From NCBI RefSeq assembly GCF_009914755.1, contig NC_060929.1: a stretch of DNA of 64,000 nucleotides; one strand, given 5' to 3'. Within the stretch, counting starts at the first letter, position 1. Every line of letters begins with the position of its first letter. Position numbers and translations under genes: made by a program. Shown one piece after another: positions 14,188 to 30,019 of this stretch. Origin of the DNA: the human T2T-CHM13v2.0 reference genome, Homo sapiens. The notes beneath the pieces were generated by a model. It was not told the DNA's origin. It made no database searches and worked only from the letters and a program-made list of their open reading frames with translations.

Positions 14188-16489
14188 CGGTCAACAGATT
14201 TGGTACCAAGAGTGACTACAAGTGAGAATGGCTTAACAAATATTTCCAAGAAGAGGTTCCTATCACTAGGCCTTGCAAAGGAACAACAGACTCATTAGAT
14301 TTTTTTTTAACCTGAATATCTTTATTGTGCCATCTAAGCACTTATTTGAAAGTCTTCAGGTGTAATCCTGATTCAGGGTGTTTAAAATGCAAATGCAGAA
14401 ATTAGCCCAGCCATGGCTACACAAGAGGCCCCAGGCATTTCAAATTTGAATGAATATTTTGGAAATGGAGCAGAAACTTAATGGATTAGTCATTATTTAG
14501 AGTCCTGTCATGTGGGAGGTCCAAATTCAGAGCCTTAGAGCGGGGAGGAATATGTTATAGTGTGGTGGTGGCAGCCTCAAAATAGGTAGTAGTGGTGGTG
14601 AAGGTGGAGGAGGAATATGAGGATAAGGATGGTTTTTCTGGGTGGAAGAACAAGAGGAAGAGAAGCCAGTACTTGCCTTTCAAGCTCTGCAGTAGTATCA
14701 CTGCAAACTGAGCACAACAATGGAAGAAATGGCTTCTGGCATCCACTTGCTCATTTTCTCTTATTGGCCAACATACTTCTGGAATCTTCTCAAAAGATCC
14801 ATTCTGACAGACTTTTTATTTTCCCATAAAATTCCAGGAGCATGTGTAGACTGGACTTCTGGGCTTCCATTCTTATAGAATGTTTCCTTCATATAAAATG
14901 CTTCAGTTTGGAATTTTACATTCAGTACAGATTATTTCATTAATACAGTGCATATCTCCCCTGTCCTGGACCCTAGATTATAAGGAGTAAGAATGGGGAT
15001 AATGCTTCTTTTTGGTCATCAATGTATCTCAAGAGCTTTGATTAGGGCCTGGCACATGGAAGACTCTCAAAAAAGTATTGTTTAAAAAAATGTCTGAATT
15101 GTTAAATGGACCTGGTCTGAATATCTAATCCAAAGGCAGGCAATTCATGGGTTTACCAGCAGCCAATAATCTATAATATTTAACCACAGTGGAAAGTTAC
15201 CTCATTGTATTTGTAAATTTGTAGGCTCAAGTTGCAATTATAAATGGGAAATTGCAACTAAGGTAATTGGTGTCAAGAGAAAAAAAAATTTTTAAATCTA
15301 CTGATGGCCTAAAATTGGGCCTAGAGAAGCTATGGCAAGCCATGTACAAACTCAGGCAATGAGAAAGCAGACACTATGGAGAGTAGAGAACTATCTCTAG
15401 AAAACAAAAACCAGACCAGATATATAAATAAACAAAGGGCAGAGTCCTGAGAAAGACACCATATTTACTACAAGCAAAAGAAGAAGTTTCAGGTGCCTAG
15501 AACTGTGATGGTTCCCAAAACTTCTAAACCCTAGTCCACCTGTGTCCATGTGAGAATGACATTTATTTTGATCTAGTTATTTCTGGTAACCGAGCTGATC
15601 CAGTGAGGATATTGTCATATGGTGATGAGGGACGTTTGTGAATTACTATGTAAAGAAAAGATGCTTACTCTGTGCCAGTAGCTTGGGAATCTGGAATCCC
15701 TTCCTGTAAGCCTCAGAGTGTTTCCAGGAAAAGTCACCAAATAGCTTTGATTCAAGGAAATGAATCTCTTCTGTCCTGTACTGGCTGCTTGAAAACATAG
15801 TCACCTGAGTAATATGAGTCCAAAGTACTACATTACATCTCAGTGTTTCTTGCAATTGACTAACATGTAGAAATTGTGCTTGGCTGGGATCTCACAGTTA
15901 TCTGGTTGGTTTCTGTCTGCTGCATGGAGCTCACTTCCTGGTAGTGACCATAGAAGGAGGCATTATCTTTTTCCAGTCACTAAAAACTATATGAACATCA
16001 ACAATAACCTAATTTGTGAGCTCTCTGGCAGGAATGAAATTCCTCTTTATAATCACTGATGGTACTCCCTGTGTATGGCAGCAGAGTGACACACGCTGTC
16101 CTAGTGGAACATACCCTCACTTTGCCTTGTGTTTAAAGCTGGGCACCACTTCTACCTTAGGGAGAGAGATGGTGCGAAAGCAGAAGTGAGGAATCACAGA
16201 TGGGACAGAGTTGGACTGGGTGATGCTGCAGTGAGGAATGAGGGAGCATGATGAAGGAAGAATGATATAATTTTAGGGAGCTGGGAATGAATAGGGTGAA
16301 GAGGGAGAGAAAAGAGGAGATTTAGACAAAGAATGGGAAACAAGACAAATAAGGGAAGGAGTGAGGGAAGAGACTGGAAAAAGAAGAGGCAGATATAAGG
16401 AAAGGAAAAAGGCAAGAGAATAGAGTAGAGAACATGTGAAAAGGAGAAGATCGGAGAAAACAAATGAACTGAGATAAAATTTGAGGGAG

Positions 16490-16710
16490 GCAGCAGAGTG
16501 TTGACTGCAGGGTGTGGAATCTGAAATATAACTGCCAAGTTTTGAAGCCTGGCTCCACAGCTTTCCAGAATAATGACCATGGGACATATCCCTAAATTCT
16601 CTGAGCCTCAGTTTCTTCTTCTGTAAAATGGGAATAATAATTTTACCTACCTTATGTGATCATGCATGCCCAGTCTTAGCACAGTGTTTGGCACACAGAA
16701 TTGTTATTAT
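16490..16710 (+). mobile_element. MIR
   Basis: Core ctctgagcctcagtttcttcttctgtaaaatgggaataat. Confidence 0.8.
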
Positions 16711-18289
16711 TGAGGTTAAAAGAGAGAAACAAAGCAAAGAAAATAATAAAATGGAGGAAGTAGGAAAGAGAGATGTTCAGACAGTGGAAGGATGGAAAAG
16801 AAATGTATTTCTGCTAATAATTTTAACCTTAGTTTTTCCACATTATAATCAAGATTTCTATGCCTACTATATTGTTTCTACCTGCTTTAATAACAGCTGG
16901 AAAAACATGTTGAGTATGAACATACCTTTTTTAAAGGTATTTTTGTATTAAACCAGCCTGTAATAGTTTGCAAAACAGATGTTCACATTTCCTTGAGTTG
17001 AAATTATTCCCTAGAAATGAGTAAGACGAAGGATACATGAAGCTAAACTGGTCATCCAAAAAACGGTTTGTTTATTTGCCCTACCTCTTTACTGTATTGA
17101 CTAGGTCGTTTGATGGGATTAACTAAATTGACCGGTTATTTTGAAATGTGTTAACCCAACTGTAGGCTTTAGGGAAAATAAAGCCCCTAGTGTTCTTGGT
17201 GGTGTTTCTTTCCAAGTTTCTCTCCACAACACAAACCACTTCCTTTTACTTGAAGTCATTTTGCTTTTCTCATTAGTCTCACAGTCCAGGGGCTGGTGTT
17301 GAGTGCTGAGGCAGCTCTCAGTTCAAGACCATAAAACAACACAACAAAATTAGCCCAAAACATAAAAGGAAAGCACTGTGGAGTTGTTCTTCTCCTCTCA
17401 AGAAAAGGAAAGTGGAAGTTAGGGCAGATAAAGTATGAGAAAGAGATCAGAGATCTATTCTTGCATAGGGGTGGGGAGGTAGAATGAATGAAACCACAGC
17501 CCAAGTCAGAGGGAAAGAAAATGGAAGGAGCAAAAACAACAAAAATCCCCCACCACCTCTCTCGACATTCATCACAACAACTCTCTGTGCACCTGGCATG
17601 GTGCTGCACAGTTGTCAGATCCCAGGCATGACTCCCTAGTGTTTCCATGAGGCTGAATAAATAGTGTTCTCACAGACTCTCCAGTAGCAGCGGGTGAAAG
17701 GCCAACCTTCATTGACCACTATAAGGCTTTTCTTAAATGCTACTCGGACACACCAAAAGAAATGTTGTCCTTTTCACAAAAACATGTCCTTGTTCAGGAC
17801 CATGTAAGTTATTTAAAATAATGGTCAATGAAACAAATATAGCAATGGTATCGCTTCTCACATTTTCCTCATTCTGCTCAGAGGGCTGACAGAGTGGAGA
17901 AGATCATCCATCATCCACTTCTTTCAAGTTACTCCCTTCTGCCAAAGGGATTAAGAGACACATTTTCATCCCACTTTCTCAAATAGGAGAAAAAGTTTTC
18001 CATGCTGGTTTCTACTGTTCCATGTTTTGCTCTTATATTGCACCCAAGAATCATTTCAAGATGTTCTGAGAAGAGATGTAAAAGAGTCAGCTGATCTTCC
18101 CTACTTCAGGTCTATTGAACACAGGTAAGTTGGCATGACAGTGCCCCAGAACCACACACTAGTACTATGTGTGGTTATAACAAAAGAATTGCTATACTGG
18201 TGGGCAGGGTTTTTTTTGTTGTTGTTGTTGTTTTTTTTTAATAAAGAGGCATAGACCATAATTTTTAGAGCAATTTCATTAGGTTATGC

Positions 18290-20760
<2,471 letters not shown>

Positions 20761-20766
20761 TGCCAG

Positions 20767-20821
<55 letters not shown>
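20767..20821. repeat. A-run/(TA)n/(TG)n compound microsatellite
   Basis: Direct reading. Confidence 0.95.
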
Positions 20822-20839
20822 CTTATTCTCTTTTGTGGC

Positions 20840-21152
20840 AGACACTAAATTTGAGCCAAGGAGATGTAAGTAGAAGCATTATGTGGGATTTCTCAGAAGC
20901 CTTTTCTAAAAGGAGTGGGTGTACTATTCCTTCTTTTTTCCTCCTTCTTGCTGCTGGCCACTTAGTTGTGATGGCTAGGGCTCTTGTAGTCATCTCAGAC
21001 CATGAAGACAAAGCCTATAATCTAGAAATGTTAAAAAAATTATCTGAAAGAAGCTCTGGGCCCTTGGTGATTTTAGAGCAGCCACAGCAGCCCTGGACTG
21101 CTCACTCTGAATTTCTGGAAAAAGAAATCAACTTCTGTCTTGATTGAAGCAC
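20840..21152 (+). mobile_element. MLT1J-like MaLR LTR fragment
   Basis: gtgatggctagggctc...catctcagaccatgaag...cagccctggactgc...aatcaacttctgtcttg. Confidence 0.6.
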
Positions 21153-21764
21153 AATTTTAAAAAATTGAAATAAAAATATTTTATATATTTATGGTATACA
21201 ACATGTTTTGGTATATACAGCGAAATTTTCAGGACTCATTTACTAACCATATTCTAGCTAAAAGAGAATATATACACAGCAACTAGAGAACGAATAGAGA
21301 TTTCTTGGAACAGAATGCTATCTTTCTACCATGTAATGCCTAAGCAGGGCACATACTTTATAGTAAGCAAAAAGCTTTGATCTTTGCAGGAGATTATAGA
21401 CTGCTTTTGATTTGGGTAGAGAAGAAACAAAAGTCAAATCTTGGATTTCTTCATTAATTAAAAAAAAAAAAAAGGCAAAATAAAGCCACATGTATGTTGT
21501 TTTTTCCCGTAAGGTCAAGCAAAGACTTCTTTATACTTTTTGTGAGAAAATGTATTGAAAATTAATGACATTAATACCCAGGATGGTACATTTCCATTGC
21601 TTCACAATTTTTTTTTCTTTCTGAAGGGTTAGAATTTCCACCAGTCAGCATAAAATGGTTAAAACTGAAGCCTAGTAAATCACTTGTATTGCATTGTTTT
21701 CAAAGTGACTAAACAGCTGTAGTTTTCAAGGTCAGCCAAATCATCTGCCAGGGTCACACGTGTT

Positions 21765-21808
21765 TCACATGTCAAGTAACGTATATGGGTTCAATTCCAT
21801 CCAGGATC
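21765..21808 (-). CDS. PDE4D: PDE4D alternative truncating exon, coding part (GSWMELNPYTLLDM-stop); 3' end of exon not determinable
   Basis: Good acceptor aaatgtctttttccttag|GA TCC TGG ATG GAA TTG AAC CCA TAT ACG TTA CTT GAC ATG TGA, in phase 1 with the 44928 donor. The peptide matches my recollection of the tail of an annotated truncated PDE4D isoform (not verified). Confidence 0.8.
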
Positions 21809-23613
21809 CTAAGGAAAAAGACATTTGCAAACAAGTGATCCGAAGACATTTTTCTAAACAGGTGCTGTGGTTACTGGGATAAGAGTTACTATTGTAAACC
21901 ACTTGAATTTACGACTAAGTTTCCAATCATTTAAAAAGAATATTCATTTCAAATTATAATGTCCAAACCAAGAGGACCAGCTCCTGATCATAATGACATT
22001 CAATGAGGACAGAAAGTAATATTGTATAATTGTTATTATTACCATAATGACATTGTTCATGTACAAATGAGAAGAATGTATATTGGGTATCAAAATAAAA
22101 CCAACCAAACACATAATTAGGATGGAACCTAGTTAAACAGTTGAAGAGAGGAGACTTAAAGCAACAAGACTTGGCTAATACTTCTCCCTCCAATTCTTGC
22201 TCCAGGAAACATTGCATAGAAACAAAAGACATGACTACCATATGCCAATAACTGCTTTAACAAGCTGGAGTAATTGGTATCATGGAGCCAGACTGATGGA
22301 ACAAAGAAAGGATGACCTCAGGATTTAAAGAGTTTAGGGACAGAAAAACATTTTAAAAATCCAGTTTAATTCAGAGGATAGTTAGAGATGTCTGGCTCCA
22401 ACTGAGAGAAGGAAAGGGTATTGATTTGCGTGAGTGGCTCCCCATTGGGCTCTTCTAACTCAAAAGAGATAATTGGCCTTGAATAGTAGCTTTTATATTG
22501 AATTTATATTGAGTTCTCTTGATGTTCTTGGTATGTGCTCTTCAAAGCCCAAGACCACTCCCTGATCTTGTTTATATTTGCTAGTCCTAATGATCTTTCA
22601 TGTGTCAGACGTGCTGAATGAAGACGATTGCCTTCTGATCATTTAACTCCTCTCTGCCAGTTTCAAGGTTGGCTTCCATATTTTAGCAAGCAAAATAATA
22701 GGCATCTCCAAGTCACAGTATGCAGACAGGAATAGACAAATACCCACTCTAGCTAAGTATGGGCTGCAGTCAAGCTGGAAAAGGTCTCTCAGCTCTGAGT
22801 CACTTATACAATCGAGTCCCTGAACATGTTTCTGTCCCTAATATTTTGTTGCTCTGGGCAACCATCAAGTCCACATGAAGACTTCTGCCAACTGGAGAGG
22901 ATGACTAGATAGGAGTGCCAGAATTTTCTTTTAACTCTTTGTTGAAAACTCAAAATAGCAAATGGTGTCAAGGATATCCCCTAAACATCCAGATTGGAAA
23001 AAGTGGAATTCACACATTGCCTTGGTATCTTTTATTCACTTCTTAGGGAAATATGACTAAAGAAGATAAAGGCAATTCATCAGAGGCATGCATTTTTTTA
23101 TAATAATAAAATATTAGGAAAAAGTTAGATGATTAGGTACTATTTAATCCAATATCATCATTTTACAGAACACAACCCAGGTTAAATTACTGACCAAAAA
23201 TTACACAGAGAGCTAGGCAGAGCTGGGATTATACCCCTGGTCTTAAAACCCTGAGGTCATTGCTCTTTCCTGGACTTTCAGAAGCCCAGTGCCAGAGGCA
23301 AAGTGAAGAAATGTTAAGAAATCACAAGTGATCACCTCTCTTTTGTAATAGCAAACGGTTCTAGTTGAAAAGGGCTGCTTTGCTGGGATACTGGAAGCAA
23401 TCCTAAAGCTCTGGAGTAGTTATCACCCATTAACACTCCCAATACAGAAAGTGTGACTATGGCACATTAAACTAAAGCATCTAAAGAGTGTTCAAGGCCC
23501 AACAAAAATACCATGTTTGCTGGAAGCCTTCATTGCTTATTATTCTAATTTGGTCTTTGCCTCCTCTGAATTCTTATGATACTCTGTGGTACAGTCCTGA
23601 GACTACTTAAGAT

Positions 23614-23878
<265 letters not shown>

Positions 23879-24969
23879 CAGTTTCTTTTGCACATGTACA
23901 ATTATATTGTGTCAAGTCCTTGGGGGTAGGACTATATCTTATTCATTTTTGTTTTCTTGAAACCCAGAGCACAGAATTAAACATATTTTGGTTGATTTTA
24001 TTTTCTCTAGAGGTACAGTGACGACTTACTTATCCAGATTAATTATCCAGGAATTTATACTATTCAAAATCAGTAAGTAGGTGAAAAGAACCCAGAAAAG
24101 TCAAGTAAACACTTGTAGGATCTTGTTCACTTTATGCATCTCATATCCTAAAGGTCTACCTCAGAAATGAATTGCCCTCAACCTTCACTTTTATTTTGAA
24201 TTAATTTACCTTTATTTTATGCTCAATGCAATAGCTTGGTAATCAGGTTTGCCAAGGAAAAAGCAGCAGCAGCTCACAAAAGATGCCAATAAAGCCAAGC
24301 TTAGTAACATCATGAACTGACCACCAGACAATATGGGACAGCAGATGAGAAATTAAAGTGCAGCCAGATTTGCTGCTCGTTACTGTAGGGGAAAAAAAAG
24401 TCCTCATAGATCATTAGCTCCTAAGTGCATTTGTGAATGACAGGGAAGTACAAAAGCAGATGTTCATGAGGAACCAGAGCCAGCAAAAATGATTTAATTA
24501 CATTCAGTGTACACCTTTAAGAGGTTAAGAATAAGCATAACACCTTTCAGAGATTTTCATGAATATTCAATATACAGGACATTTTCTCTTAAATGAAATG
24601 TAGGAAATCTAAGGATGGAGATAAACTAGCCTTAAATTCAGCCTTAGAATCCAGGTCTTAACCTATGTTTATCCTACATATAATACGAAGGATTATAAAT
24701 TTTCACACATTATCAGAAGCATTTTACACCTACTCAGTAAAATCATATGATTAGCAGTTATGAAATCCTATACATTTATCCTCCTTATATTTTTTGTAAC
24801 TATCTCTTCCTTTTTATTCTGGCTATCTAGCTATCTAGTGTACAACCTTTATTACATCTTATGCTTGAATATCGCTGTTGTCTTTGAGTTGGTTTCAAAA
24901 CCTCGGATTTTTTTTTCCTTCATTAGCTGCATTAAAAAAAAGAAATTTCCAGGTGATTATTATTATCTT

Positions 24970-25090
24970 CTGTAGAAACAGGATCTCACTGCGCTGCCCA
25001 GGCTAGTCTGGAACTCTTGGCCTCAAGTGATCCTCTGGCCTTGACCTGCTAAAGTGCTGGGATTACAGGTGTGAGGCACCACGCCTGCCC
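24970..25090 (-). mobile_element. FLAM/Alu left monomer
   Basis: Single monomer gtagaaacaggatctcac...gtgaggcaccacgcc. Confidence 0.85.
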
Positions 25091-25262
25091 CCCAAGGTGA
25101 TTTTAAGGAACAGACAAATTTGTGAACCACTATCCCTAAGTGCTTAGCACACCATTCATTTCACTCTTAATTATATCCTTCAATGGAACTAACTCCCTTA
25201 GTGGCAGGCGTAATATGCCTGTGATTTCTGAGCTTAGATGCTCTTTAAAAATAGTTGTTTTT

Positions 25263-25540
25263 GGCCGGGTGTGGTGGCTCACGCCTGTAATCCCAGCACT
25301 TTGGGAGGCCGAGATGGGTGGATCATGAGGTCAGGAGTTCAAGACCAGCCTGACCAACATGGTGAAACCCTGTCTCTACTAAAAATGCAAAAATTAGCCA
25401 GGCATGGTGACGTGTGCCTGTAATCCCAGCTACTCAGGAGGCTGAGGCAGGAGAATCACTTGAATCCAGGAGGTGGAGGTTGCAGTGAGCCGAATTGCGC
25501 CATTGCACTCCAGCCTGGGCAACAGAGAGAGACTCCGTCC
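25263..25540 (+). mobile_element. AluS
   Basis: Full Alu body. Confidence 0.93.
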
Positions 25541-25584
25541 CACCTCCCACCCCCGCCAACAAAAAAGTTTTTTCATATTCATTG

Positions 25585-26173
25585 TGTTAGCCCAAAATAT
25601 CTGAGACAGGTCTCAATCAGTTTAGAAAGTGTATTTTGCCAAAGTTAAGGATGCACGTGTGACACTGCCTCAGGTGGTCCTGAAGACATGTGCCCAAGGT
25701 GGTCAGGCTACAGCTTGTTTTTGTACATTTTAGGAAGAAATAATACATCAATCAATACATGTAAGATTTACACTGGTTCTATCTGGAAAGCTGGAAAGCG
25801 GGAAAACTCAAAGTTGGGGGAGGGCTTCGAGGTCACAGGTAGATTTCAACATATTCTGATTAGCAATTGGTTGAAAGAGTTATTATCAGTAGAAAGGAAT
25901 GTCTGGGTTAAGATAAAAGTTGTGGAGACCAAAGGTTTATTAGGCAGATGAAGCCTCCAGGTAGCAGGCTTCCAAGAAAAGAGATCCTAAATGTTTCTTA
26001 TCAGACTTAAGGTCTGTGGTGATGTTAATACTGGAGGGGTAAAACAAGGCATGTCTGACTTCCTTTGCGGCCTAAATCAGTCTTTCAGGTTAAATTTTAA
26101 AGTGCCCTGGCCAAGGAGGAAGTCCATTCAGGTGAGGGTGCAGGCGTGCTTCAAATTTTATTTTTAGTTTACA
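25585..26173 (-). mobile_element. MER4A1-like ERV1 solo LTR
   Basis: Minus strand begins TGTAAACTAAAAATAAAATT, contains CTTAAGTCTGATAAGAAACATTT and GAAGCCTGCTACCTGGAGGCTTCATCTGC, and ends GAGACCTGTCTCAGATA...AACA; flanks attg/actg. Confidence 0.88.
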
Positions 26174-27000
26174 ACTGTTAGCGAAAAGTACGTCCTCTCA
26201 ATTTCCGTTTTCCCCCTGTATTTACTTAAGAACTATTTTCCAGTTCCTTCTATATCTTGCTTTGCATCTCCAGCAAAGAGATACTAAAGTTTTCTCTTGG
26301 TCTTCTTTTCAGAGGTGCGGTTTGATGATTACGCACAAAGAGACAAAGATAATGAGTGGGGGTAGACCTGCTAGCTTAACTTTTTCTTTTAGAGAAGCAC
26401 CTAAGGGGATCTGTCACATGGATGAATCTACCCTTCTTTGAAGGTCTGATTTGAAAGCAGATTGGACTACATTCTGCACAAAGGCATTTTAAACATGCAG
26501 GTGTGAATGCCCCAAATAACAATACTTTGAACTTTTACAGAACCTTTCATCCAGTGATACCAAAACAATTCAGTTTATTAAAGGCCTAGGAAGCTGGGGA
26601 CAAAACATCCAATTGATCTATATATGGAAATTTATTGCATTAACTTGGTTGGTGATTCCTTTCAAGTCTCCCAACGCTGGGGCATATAAGCAGAGAAAAC
26701 TGTACGGTTTCTGCAAGCTACCTCTCCAAATTGTAACATTTTCCATTTCCAACTCCTCAAGAAGAGCTAATCCTCTTCTTTTCACATTTATGCTTAATTA
26801 GAGAGTTACCAGTTCACAGACAGTTATTTATGTTCAGAACCTAATAAATTGTTTCTGCCTTAATTTGACCAAGGATTGCCTTCTATGTCATGTTCTAAAG
26901 AAGCCCATTGAACAAATAAATAAAAACAGACTTCACCTGTAGTGAGGGAGAACTATTATCTAATCAATTTTTCATTTTAAAAATTAAATACTTCAAAATT

Positions 27001-27310
<310 letters not shown>

Positions 27311-27389
27311 ATTGTAATTAAATCTTATTTTTAATCTGAGAGCATAGATTTAAGTTGCCCTGAATATACACTCTCACTTATCTAATTGA

Positions 27390-27691
27390 TTTTTTTTTTT
27401 TCTTCGAGGCAGAGTCTTGCTCTGTCACCCAGGTTGGAGTACAGTGGCATGATCTCACCTCTGCCTCCCGGGTTCAAGCCATTTTCGTGCCTCAGCTTCC
27501 CAAGTAGCTGGGATTACAGGCATGTGCCACCATGCCTCCATGCCTGGCTACTTTTTTTTTTTTTTTTCAGTAGAGACGGGGGTTTCACCATGTTGCCCAG
27601 GCTGATCTTGAACTCCTGGCCTCAATCGATCCGCCTGCCTCGGCCACCCAAAGTGCTGTGGGATTACAGGTGTGAGCCACCGTGCCTGGCC
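27390..27691 (-). mobile_element. Alu (J/S)
   Basis: Alu body; TSD-like aattgattttt on both sides. Confidence 0.9.
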
Positions 27692-27713
27692 AATCGAATT
27701 GATTTTTAAATGA

Positions 27714-28014
<301 letters not shown>

Positions 28015-29718
28015 CTTAAATGAACAATCTATCGTACAAATCTGTTGGATACCTCTACTTTTTACCATATATCTTTCAAAAAACTTACAAATTTAATCTT
28101 TTCCTCTTTTCCACCTTCTGACTTCCTTATTATATACATTGCAGTGAACTCAGGACAGCTAAGATTCAGAGTGGCAACTGGGGTATATTCCTATTTTCCC
28201 ATATTTTAAATCTGCTGTAAAGGAAATAGTTGTTATGAGCAAAATGTGTCTGAGGAATGTTTATCAGACTATCGTTTTTATTTGGCATTGTCCCAGCATA
28301 TTAGTTTTTAATTTTTTTGCCCCATTTCAATGGTGACTTTGATGTTTTGTTTTGACCAGCTGCTGAGCTTTTTGTGGCTGTCCATTTACATCACTTTAAA
28401 AAATGGTACATAAATGAAATTTGAACAAAATGAACAGTACTTTAACATTGTTTCAAAATCAAATATCTTCCTAAGGAATCTGATTTGTGGCAGATGGAGA
28501 ACAAAACCTTCCAGAGGGAGGGCTGTTAAATGAGTCTTAATTGCTTGCACATGAAAATATTGTGACTAAGATTGTGTGCACAATTAGGAATTTAAACATG
28601 TAGAAAAGAACTGGCCATAGAAACAGGCAGACATTTTTGCAGTCAGAGCTAGTTTCTTGTGAACACAGACAATAAAGACAAGTCAGTAAAGGAAAATAAT
28701 TTCAAGAGAAATTCAGTTGTTTTCTTTACTTCATTGTTGCTTACATTGAGCTTCCAATTCTAAAGATGATTCATTTGCCTTGGAAACTCACTGATGGAAG
28801 TATCACAGTACAGTCAAGAAAAAAATGTTTATTCAAGAACTAGTATTTCTTTTTTAGTTCCTACTATGCGTCAGATGCTAGGTTTCGTGCTTAATTCACT
28901 TCATTTAATTCTTACTTAATGCTCTGAGATAGGTTTGCTATTATTCCCGTCTTCTAATGAGAAATCAAGGCTCAGAGAATAACTTTCCCAAAGTCAAATA
29001 GCTAACAAATAGTGCAGCCAGGATTCTCTGTATTGATTTAATGAATCCACCCTCTGACAATGCCTCACTGCTCCCCTGGGAAAAAGCACATATCTTTTTT
29101 TTAAAAAAATGATTTAATAAACTTATTCTAAGAGCGCCTATACTTTGTTCTGAGTCAATAATGCCTTCCTTCTGTTGGATGGCATGATGTAGGTTGCTAG
29201 GCTGGACTTGTTAAACGTTGGGTAAGGAAGGCATGATTGCACCCAGGCGAAGTGAATGGCTACGCAGAGGGCACAGATAATCTGAATAGGGGTTGGGCTG
29301 AGATGACAGATTTAGAGACAGAGGCCAGGACTTCCTACAGGGGCCACACGTCACGGCGTCTTGTATAGAACCAAGCATAAAAGAGGCATCAATAAATGTG
29401 TGTGGATCAAATGATGAGATGGTCAAATTATTTTTGTGCCTTCAGAGGAACTGAGTTCTCAGGGATACATTAATGACAGGTACCATCTGGATCTCTAAAA
29501 AAAATGAGTATCATAAAAAGAAATTCAGTGAGAAATAAATTAATAAAATAAATAGTGCATTGAAACCAATCCTACTAGCATTTATCTCCCCTATCTAAGA
29601 GCACCCTAATTTCTTTCAGGAATATACTTTGTATCCCTATTAGATAATCTTAATAATAGTTAACCAGCAATGATCAAGTGCTTACTGTGAGCCATGCATT
29701 TTGCTTCATTTTTCATAA

Positions 29719-30019
<301 letters not shown>

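Noticed and set aside
16194-16587. Three overlapping hydrophobic minus-strand ORFs
   Set aside because: Produced by a GA-rich low-complexity tract that lacks stops.
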